DNA from: Mobula hypostoma
Taxonomy: Eukaryota
Direction: 5' to 3'
Assembly (NCBI RefSeq): GCF_963921235.1
Contig: NC_086108.1
Coordinates: forward strand, 48,920,001-48,984,000
Length of the DNA: 64,000 nucleotides
The notes under the pieces are model-generated. The model did not search any database and was not told the DNA's origin. It worked only from the letters and a program-made list of their open reading frames with translations. This document shows positions 25,995-35,385 of the stretch, one piece after another (the stretch's first letter is position 1; each line of letters opens with the position of its first letter). A program made the position numbers and the translations under genes.

Positions 25995-26760
25995 ACAACA
26001 CATACAGAATGTTTGAGGAATTCAGCAGGTCAGGCAGCATCTATGGAAATGAAGAAACAAGTTGATATTTCAGGCCGAAACCTTTCTTCAGGTTTGGAAA
26101 GGAAGGGGGAAGTTGCCAAAATACAAAGGGAGGAGGGGAAGGGTGACTAGCAGGAAGATGACAGATGAAGCCCCGTGGGTGGGAAAGTTAAAGGGTTGAA
26201 GAAGAAGGAATCTGAGTGGACTATGGGAGAAAGGGAAGGAGGAAGGGAAGTTATAGACAGGTGAGGAGAAGACCTAAGTTGCTAGAGTGGGGAATAGAAT
26301 AAGGGGGAAGGGTAAAAAAATATTGGAAGGGGAAATTAATGTTCATACCATCATGTTGGAGGCTGTCTAGATGGAATATGAGGTATTGCTCCTCTACCCT
26401 GAGAGTGGCCTCATTGTGGGAAAAGTGGAGGCTGTAGACTAACTTGTGAAAACAAGAATGGGAATAGGAGATTCCACTTTTGATGATGAAATGGAGGTGC
26501 TTGACTGAGCAGACCCCCAATTTATTATCAGGTTTCACCATTATAGAGGAGGCCGCATCCGAGTGTCAGATATAATAGTGGTCCCCAACAGATTTGCAGG
26601 TGAAATGTTGCCTCACTTGGAAGTACTATTTGGGGCCCTGAATGGAGGTAAGGGAGGAGGTGAATGGGCAGGTGTAGCATGACTGTCTCTTGCAGGGACA
26701 TGTGCCAGGAGGAAGATTAGTGAGGAGGGACAAATGGACAAGGGAATTATGGAGGGACTT
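25995..26760 (-). mobile_element. Penelope-like element 3' part (GIY-YIG remnant plus terminal repeat)
   Basis: Peptide LRVEEQYLIFHLDSLQHDGMNINF; terminal repeat with a hammerhead-like core at 26061-26092. Confidence 0.75.
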
Positions 26761-29377
26761 ACTAATTGATCACTTACTGCTATATCTTATAATTTAGTTT
26801 CCTAGTCTACCATTGCCAACTCATACTTAATGCCTCAAGTTTGCTTCATTTTGCATTTAAAACCCTGGAATTTAATATTCCCAAAGTAAAACAGATTGTT
26901 CTTGTTATAATAAAAGTGACACCAATTTTAAATTATTTTTATGTAAAGGAGTTCAGGTGAACTGTTAATGATATTACGGAAATATATTTCATTAGATTGC
27001 ACGAATTTCTTGTATTTCTTAATTGTCAACTGGCACTTGGTTGTGTAGCTGTCCAAGTTGGATTTGTTTCTTGCAGATTTATTTAGCTGTAACTATAGGT
27101 TAGTTACTAAAGGGCAAACTAAATATTTCTGTATTTTGCCAAATTGATTTCAACTGTACCTCAGCAATGATGGGTAGATGTGTAAATAAGCTTCTAGACA
27201 GTTGTAGTGCCACAGTAATAACGTATATTAAGTGCAAAAAAGACTTGAGAATTCTCTGACTGTTTGACTTCCTATCGTGCCACACAATGGTATGTAATGA
27301 TCATCAAGAGGAATGCCAAAGAAAATGGCAGCTTGAGGGGCCAGAAAAAATAATAAGCTTTTGGGGTTGGTTGTGGCAAATCTACTGGTACTGGCACCTC
27401 ACTAAATATCATTAAACTATTGTATGTGGAAGGTTAATATAACGTGAAGTTTATAATGCTAAATGAACGTAGAATAGAGAATGTAGTTTGTCACATTGGT
27501 TTTGTTGAATCGATTTGTAATCTTAAGGAACTATTCTATAATGGATTTTTGTTATTTATGTTACAGTATTTATTAGTTTCACCTAAATTTGATACTTGGG
27601 TTGAAGAGCTACTGTTGACATTCAGCTGTCTCAAGCATGCCTGCAGGTCAGAGGCAGGAGCTTGTGGGTTGTTTGTTGACTCACATAGGTAACTCTCTCT
27701 TAGTCACACATAGTCCTGACTTAAATACTGGAACGCTCTATCGAAGAACATTTAGAAAATCAGAACGCTTAGAAATTTGAAATAAAAAACAGAAGATACT
27801 GGAAGTCTGAAATTTAAGTAGAAAATGCTATTTTCAATCAATATTGGAGACAGCAAAGAGTAACACTTCAGGTCAGAGTTCTGATTGAAGAATCTGTGAG
27901 CTGAAATATCAGCTCTTTTTCTCTGTATACAAATACTGATCTACTCTTATTACTTTCATCAGAAAGGTTGTGGCAGTTTAAGAAGATGACTAATCTTCTC
28001 CTGCAAGGCAGTAAAGGATGGTTAATAGATGCTGGCCCTGTCAGCAATGCCTTCAACCCATTAATGGAAATTGCCTTTTTACTAGATTTTGAGTACGTCA
28101 GTATGAAAACAGAGGATTAAATGTACTGACAATTAAACTCAGAAAGATTTGTCATAGTATGTTTCTCCTAAATTCTATTCCAGAGGAGCAAAACAAGATA
28201 ATATATTTCATACTGATATGTAAAAGCCAGTATAAAGTTTTAAAATTATTTTTTAATGAAAAATAATGTAATGTCTTACCTGTGAAAATTTCTGTTTGCT
28301 TGTCATGGTTATGATACCAGTATGTTTCTCAGCCAGCCTGCCTTGTTGTATACAGCTTTCTAGGGGGTAATTGCCAGGTACCCCTATGAATGCTAAGAAA
28401 AGTTGTATATTGCAGTGAACATCTGCAAATTGGGGAGAATAATCAGCGAACCTTACTTTACTGTTGCATTGCATCCAGGTGACATCCCTGGGGATGGGGG
28501 CGGGGGGGCGGGGGCGGGTTGTAATATTATGACTTTCCTGAGCCAAACAGCAGGAGTCTGCTGACAAATATGATCCTCTAATTTTTATTTTTTAGAAGTT
28601 ACAATGGTTAGTATTTCTGCTTCTCCTCTCAGAAGGTTACAAAATTTGTTCTTTGGAGGCATAGAAAGTGCAAAATGTTCTGAGAACAAGTAAGGGCAAA
28701 ATATTATTGATGCAAGAGACCTGAAACGAAAATGAAAAAATACTGGAAATACTTCGTGTCAGATTGATGACCTTCAAGCTGAATGCTGAAAAGTTAGACT
28801 TAATGAAGTTTTAAGACACTGGGGAAGTAGGTAAAGCAACAAACCTCAAGAGAAATGGAAGAAGTAATTTATAAGTGAATGAAGAGGGTAGTAATGGGAC
28901 AAGTAAAGAAACAAGGTTAACTGAGAAAGTGCATTTAGAAAACCAGTATCACCTGAAATTGCCAGAGAAAAATAGCATGCTAGAAATATAAAATAGAAAT
29001 GCTCATTATCTAAAATTGTTGAATTCATCATTGAATCTGAAAACTTACTGCACAATAGTGGTAAGTCAAAGAAACAAAGAAATGGAAGAATATGTGAAGG
29101 TGAGCAAAGAAGGGAAATTAGCAACAAATTTGATTCGTTGTTCAGTTTGATGCAACTATCCGTGTACTGGAAAGGAGATGTAGAAGTGGGTTCGTGTGTG
29201 ACTTAATGAATGTTTTGTGTAACGCACATAGAATCAGATTTAATATGAAATATGTTGATTTGTGGCAGCAGTACATTGGAATACAATATAAAAAAATTAA
29301 ATTATAGTTAAATACACAGTGCAATAAGAAAGCAGAATAAAGGTAAAATAGAGGTCGTGTGCATGGGTTCATTGTGT

Positions 29378-29383
29378 GTATAC

Positions 29384-29414
<31 letters not shown>

Positions 29415-29433
29415 CTCACTCACTCACTCACTC
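29378..29433. repeat. (CA)n/(CACT)n microsatellite
   Basis: Direct reading. Confidence 0.9.
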
Positions 29434-29489
29434 ACCCCACCCCTGCCGTAATTCTGAATGAAGTGAAATATAAACTAGTGATTGGGGTG

Positions 29490-30150
29490 ATTAGTAGGTT
29501 TGCCGACATCACAAAAATTGGTGGAGTTATGGATGGTGGAGGTTTTCAAAAGTACAGTAACTGTAGATTAGTTGATGTGAACAGGGAAGTGGCAGATGGA
29601 GTTTAATCAAGAGAAGTGTGAAGTGTTGTACTTTTCAAGGTCAGATGTAAGGGGAAGTACATGAAATTACACTGCCCTTAGGAGCATTGATGTACAGAGC
29701 AATCTTGGAATTCAAATCTATATCTGCCTGAAACTCGCAACGCAAGTGGAGTGGTGAAAATGACGTATGGCTTACTTGCCTTCATAAATTGGGGGATTGA
29801 ATATAAAAGTAGTGTCACAGCTTTATAAAAATTTAGTTAGTGTTGTATGCATTCTTGTTATTATATTACAGGAAATTTGTGGAGGCTTTGGAGGGGGTGC
29901 AGTAGTGGTTCACCAAGATATTGCCAGGATAAGAGTGTATTGGTATAAGGCGAAGCTAGACAAACTCAGAATGTTTGGAACTTCGGAAAACAAGGATTTT
30001 TTTTTCCATGTGGAATGTCAAAGACCAGAGAGCATGGTTTTAACATGAGAGGAGGAAATTAGGTAAAGGAGTGACAGGAGGTGTGCGAGACAATTTTCTT
30101 TACACAGAGACTGTAGGTCTCTGGGGATGTGGGGTTGTGGGTGAATGGTG
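29490..30150 (+). mobile_element. Old CR1 RT/3' fragment
   Basis: ISRFADITKIGG; heavily decayed. Confidence 0.65.
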
Positions 30151-30156
30151 GAAGTA

Positions 30157-31693
30157 CAGTGGTGCTTGGAAGTTTGAACACTTTAGAATTTTCTTTTTCT
30201 GCATAAATAAGATCTAAAATGTGATCAGATCTTCACTTGTCCTAAAACTAGATAAAGAATAACCAATTGAACAAATAACTAAAAAAACACTTTTTCATTT
30301 ATTTATTGAGAAAAATGATGCAATATTACATGTATTTGTTTGAAGAAGTATGTGAACCTATGCTTTCAGTAACTGCTATGACTCCCTTGTACAGCAATAA
30401 TTTTAACCAAACATTTCAGGTAACTTGATTAGTCCTGCTTGCAAAACTGCTTCAACTCTGGGATGTTTGTGGGCTTCCTTGCATGAACTGCTTGCTTCAG
30501 GTCCTTCCACAACATTTCTATAGGATTAAGATCACAACATCCACTCGGCCATTCCAAAACATGAAATTTCTTCTGCTTTAACCATTTTTTGGGGTTGTTG
30601 TCTTGCTGCATGGCCCACTTTCTCTTGAGGTTCAGTTCACGGACGGATACCCTGACACTTTCCTATATAATTTGCTGCTACAAGTCAGAATTTATAATTC
30701 CATCAATGATAGCAAACCATCCTGGTCCCAAGGCAGCAAAGCAGGCTCAAACCATGGTACTACCACCACCATGTTTCACAAATGGGGTGAGATTCTTATG
30801 CTGGAATGCATTGTTTGCTTTTCGCCAAACATAATGCTTCTCATTTAAGCCAAAAAGTTCTATTTTGGGTTCACTGTCCACAGAATGTTCTTCCAGTAGC
30901 TTTCTGGCTTATCCACGTGGTCTTAGATGGATAGTAATGTTCTTGGGAGAGTAGTGGCTTTCTCTCTGCAATCCTGCTATGCACACCATTTGTTCAGTGT
31001 TTGCCTTCTGGTAGACTCATGAACACTGACATTAGCCAATGCGAGAGAGGCTTGTAGCTCCTTAGACGTTACCCTGGGTTTCTTTGTGACGTCCTAGAAT
31101 ATTATACGCCTTGCTCTTGGAGTGATTTTTGTAGGTCGACCACTTCTGGGGAGAGTAAAAATGGTGTTGAATTTCCTCTATTTGTACGCCATCTGCCTGA
31201 CTGTGTATTGGTGGATCCCAAACCTTTAGAAATGGTTTTGAGTCCTTTTCCAGCCCGCTGAGCATCAACAGTTTTTTTTCTGAGGCCCTCGGAAATCCCT
31301 TTTGATCTAGGCATGACAAACTTCCAAAAACCTGTGTGGTGAAGATCATACTTTGATAGTGAAGACCCAGGTTTATGTTCTTTAAATAGGGTAGGGTTTC
31401 CCACACTCAAACCTGATTGTCATCCCATTGATTGAAATACTTGACTCTAATTTCCCCTTTAAATGAGCTGATAATCCTAGAGGTTCATGTAATTTTTCCA
31501 ACAAGTACATGTAAATTGGATCATTTTTCTCAAAAAGTAAATGAACAAGTATAATGGTTTTTTGTGCTTTTTGCCTAACTGGGTTCTCTTATCTGTTTTT
31601 AGGACTTGCGTGAAGATCTGATCATATTTTAGGTCATATTTATGCAGAAAGAGAGAAAATTCTGAAGGGTTCACGAACTTTCTGGCACCACTG
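30157..31693 (-). mobile_element. Tc1-like transposon with long (~200 bp) TIRs, decayed transposase
   Basis: TA-cagtggtgc...gcaccactg-TA; TIRs ~30157-30360 and ~31480-31693; peptides MPRSKGISEGLRKK, QQDNNPK and DLNPIEMLW. Confidence 0.92.
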
Positions 31694-32051
31694 TAGATAT
31701 AATAGTAAGATTTAAGAGGTTCTTTAGAAGGTATTTGAACATGCAAGGAATAGAGGGTATGGATCATATGCAGACAGGTAAGATTAGTATAATTCAGCTT
31801 TGTGGTCTGTACTAATTGACCTTCATAGTCAGCACAGACATTGGGTTGCACTATTCTGTGTTCTATTCATTGTATTTTCCTTTAGTAATATCAAATTATT
31901 TTGATAGACCATTTATGACCCCTTTATTTTTCCCTTTCATCCCTAATCATTATTTAATCTCTTGTCACCCAGCCAATCTTTTCTTTCCTTATCTCATCCC
32001 TATTCTTCTTCACCACATCTGCATCTTTAAACGAATTTCTAACTTTTCCAG

Positions 32052-32821
32052 CAACACACATAAAAGTTGCTGGTGAACGCAGCAGGCCAGGCAGCATCTC
32101 TAGAAAGAGGTACAGTTGACGTTTCAGGCCGAGACCCTTTGTCAGGACCAACTGAAAGAAGAGCTAGTAAGAGATTTGAAAGCGGGAGGGGGAGATCCGA
32201 AATGATGGTAGAAGACAGGAGGGGGAGGGATGGAGCCAAGAGCTGGACAGTTGATTGGCAAAAGGGATATGAGAGGATCATGGGACAGGAGGCCTAGGGA
32301 GAAAGAAGGGGAAGGGGGAGCCCAGAGGATGGGCAAGGGGTATGGTTGGAGGAGCAACACCTTATATTCCGTCTTAGTAGCCTCCAACCTGATGGCATGA
32401 ACATTGACCTCAAACTTCTTCTAATGCCCCACCTCCCCCTCGTACCCCATCTGTTATTTATTTATATACACTCATTCTTTTTCTCTCTCTCCTTTTTCTC
32501 CCTCTGTCCCTCTCACTATACCCCTTGCCCATCCTCTGGGCTCCCCCCCCCCTTTTCTTTCTCCATAGGCCTCCTGTCCCATGTTCCTCTCATATCCCTT
32601 TTGCCAGTCCACCGTCCAGCTCTTGGCTCCATTTCGGATCCCCCCCTCCCACTTTCAAATCTCTTACTAGCTCTTCTTTCAGTTAGTCCTGACGAAGGGT
32701 CTCGGCCCGAGACGTCGACTGTACCTCTTCCTAGAGATGCTGCCTGGCCTGCTGCGTTCACCAGCAACTTCTATGTGTGTTGTTTGAAATTCCAGCATCT
32801 GCAGATTTCCTTGTGTTTGCG
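32052..32821 (+). mobile_element. Penelope-like insertion with inverted terminal arms and a 15-bp TSD
   Basis: Arms ~32052-32344 and ~32517-32782 are inverted; spacer encodes EEQHLIFRLSSLQPDGMNID; TSD ttctaacttttccag at 32037-32051 and 32822-32836. Confidence 0.88.
32685..32720 (+). ncRNA. Minimal type I hammerhead ribozyme motif (PLE-borne; GAAA mutated to GAGA)
   Basis: agtc-CTGACGA-a-gggtctcggccc-GAGA-cGTC-gact. Confidence 0.65.
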
Positions 32822-33103
32822 TTCTAACTTTTCCAGTTCTGATAGATGGTCATTGATCTGAAAAGTTAATTATCTCTCTTTCCACAGATGCTTCCTGATC
32901 TGCTGAGTATTTCCAATATTTGCTAACTTAAAATCATTATAAATTAATTGTAAAAGCCTATTGGGGTAAAGTTTCAGAGATATGCTTTAATAAGGTGCAG
33001 TATTTACTGACTTATTAAATTACAGTTTATTATGTGGCAGGTATGTTGATATAAATTTTCTGGATTTAAGTGACAAACCTGTCGCTCCTTTATTTAATTT
33101 CTC

Positions 33104-33252
33104 ATGGGAGTGTGGTGACACCAGAAATCTCTTTTGCAAACATGTGACGTTGCTTAGGCTGCACTAAGCTGTCACATGGTATCCTTCCATTGTAGGAATG
33201 ATGGTTGAAGCAATCATACACAGCTATTGATTTCTGGTGTCACTTTTCCTGT
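33104..33252 (+). promoter_or_regulatory. Predicted multibranch RNA structure covering the branch point and pyrimidine tract of the candidate poison exon
   Basis: gtgacaccagaaatc (33115-33129) is the exact reverse complement of gatttctggtgtcac (33229-33243); nested hairpin at 33141-33178. Confidence 0.6.
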
Positions 33253-33254
33253 AG

Positions 33255-33418
33255 GTATTCTGGGGGACCTAGGGCTGATGGAGATTGGATCTTTATTTTG
33301 AGCTTGGCAGAGAAACATACTGGCATCCAAGAATGGTCGATATTGGGCCTATAAACAGGCTCCTCTGAATCGTGAAGTTGCAGTGCTTGATCTCAGTTGA
33401 CCAAATATAGGATCAGAA
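33255..33418 (+). other. DHX9: Candidate DHX9 poison (PTC/NMD) cassette exon in intron 6
   Basis: cttttcctgtag| acceptor and GAA|gtgagt donor; 164 nt; in-frame TAA at 33352-33354 when joined to exon 6; TE-free context. Confidence 0.65.
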
Positions 33419-34862
33419 GTGAGTTGGACAGATTTAAAAAAAAATGCATGTTACATATCAATGAAAACTGTGTATACCAAGAACTAGATTCCTGGACAGA
33501 GCAATAAATTGAAAATTAATTCTTTAGGCACACAATTTGCTGTATTCTGAACTGCATGACCAAAATTTGTCTGTCAGTGCATATGTATAAAGTATGGAGC
33601 ATTTGAATACTACGACAATACCATCTTTAATTCTTAGATGAGATTTTCTGGAAAGGAAACTAGTTCCAGCACAACAGTTTTCCAATTGAATGCTAATGTG
33701 TAGTTGAAGAAATTAATCACTTAGAAAATGCTATCGCCAATGTTACAAGACCTTTTATTTCATATTAAATGATGAATGTGTTTTTCTAATATTTGTCCCA
33801 CTGACATTTTGTTAAGTGATGGGTTGTAGCAACTTAATTAAGAAATTCTTTATGCAACCTAATTTCTTTATTTGTTTATCATAATTTTATTTTTATCTGC
33901 ATGTTTTAAAGCTTGTATTTATAATTTAAGTCTTTATTAATTAATTATGTGGGTTAATGGACAATTTGTTTCCAAATTATTATGCCTGCAAAGTTTTGAG
34001 CACCAGTAGTAAGAGTACATAGTTCTTTAAAAACCTATGAAACTCTGTGTTTTCGGTTAGTTTTCATTTATTCACTATATCAGTTATCCAGCTTAAAGAA
34101 AACATGGATTCTCAAAAGCTTACAGAGTCTATTAAACACTTCTTCACCCAAATGAAAGCAGCTGCTTTTATTTTACAAGAGACAAATATCAGCATTAATT
34201 TATAACAGCACTAGACTGTGCATTGGACATTTAAAGTGTATTTCAAAATGCAGTTAATAATGTATTTGATTCAAGTTCAAAAAAGCTGATTTTTGTTTTT
34301 ATTTGTGGATCAAATTTCTTTTATGCTATTCAATAATTTTACATTGAATAGTAGCTATGTGCTGAAGTTTCTGCTAATGTTACACACAGCTATCCCCTTA
34401 GTGTTTATAACTGGTTTATCCCTGGATTTTCTTCCTAATTCCGTATTTCAAATTAGAAAGTCACCTTGAGGGCAGTTATGAGCTTAAACATTTCATCTTT
34501 AAATACCTTTTGTGTCAATAGTGCCATCTATTGTGCACTATTCTGAATATTTCTTCTACTTCATTGAAATTGATTTTGCTTGTTTTGGATTTGGTCTGGT
34601 TTACTAAAAGATAGAATACATTGGATGTGTTAAACCTCCCTTAAAAATTTGAGACCATGTCCTTCTCTGAAATGAGAAGTTCAGCAAGAACCTTCCACGT
34701 CTCCTTCATTAAGTCATTAATTTAAAGATATTCAAATCTATTCCCCTTAATCAAAATGTCTTGTAAAAAAAAATCCACAAAATAATGCACATTTTGGTAA
34801 TGCCAATAATGTGTAAGTGCTAAAACGATGGAGTTAATTTGATGTTGTGCATGTCATTGCAG

Positions 34863-34909
34863 GAGTTTTATTGCAGAGATGACTATTCACGTGAGACAGC
34901 TGGGAAGAA
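34863..34909 (+). CDS. DHX9: DHX9 exon 7 equivalent
   Basis: cattgcag|GAGTTT...GAAGAA|gtaagt; 47 nt; SFIAEMTIHVRQLGR. Confidence 0.96.
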
Positions 34910-35109
34910 GTAAGTAGCACTTACATGTAGATGTGAACAGCTTTTGATGGTAAAGTTTGCATGGAACTATTAAAATAAGGGATGATCTGGGCTTGACTGC
35001 TGTATAAATGTTCCAAAAGGACTTGAGCTTCTGTATTAACAAATGAAGCATGTTGAGAATGAAACTGGGAGAATATTGCCACAAGGCAATTTAGAAGTTT
35101 TAATTTCAA

Positions 35110-35385
35110 TGAAGGTGATATGCGGTGCGGAATAAACCCTTGCGGCCTTTTGAGCTGTGCCGCCCAACAAATCCCGATTTGACTCTAGCCTAATCATGGG
35201 ACAACTTAGTGACCATTTAACCTATGAAGCGGTACATCTTTAGACTGTGGGAGGAAACTGGAGCACCCAGAGAAATTCCTCCCACAGTCTAAAGACGTAT
35301 TCTACAGGGAGGACTTACTCCTCACAGATGACGTTAGAATTCAACTCTAACCTCAGGTTCCCCAAGCTGTAATAGCGTTGCGCTA
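35110..35385 (-). mobile_element. V-SINE-like element with an internal inversion
   Basis: gactgtgggaggaaactggagcaccc is the reverse complement of the V-domain core. Confidence 0.55.

Noticed and set aside
28253..28567. 104-aa minus-strand ORF and a minus-strand donor (caggtaag) as an antisense gene
   Set aside because: No recognisable protein, non-ATG start and no partner exons found.
33034..33230. Hairpin pair as an H/ACA snoRNA
   Set aside because: No convincing ANANNA hinge or correctly placed ACA tail; the main stem overlaps the splice acceptor instead.
33769..33805. C/D-box-like pair (ATGATGA...CTGA) as an intronic snoRNA
   Set aside because: The boxes are only ~35 nt apart, with no terminal stem or recognisable guide.
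34517..34537. CTCF-like motif (tgccatctattg) and a 10-nt complement at ~29049
   Set aside because: The motif match is partial, and a 10-nt complement is expected by chance at this scale.
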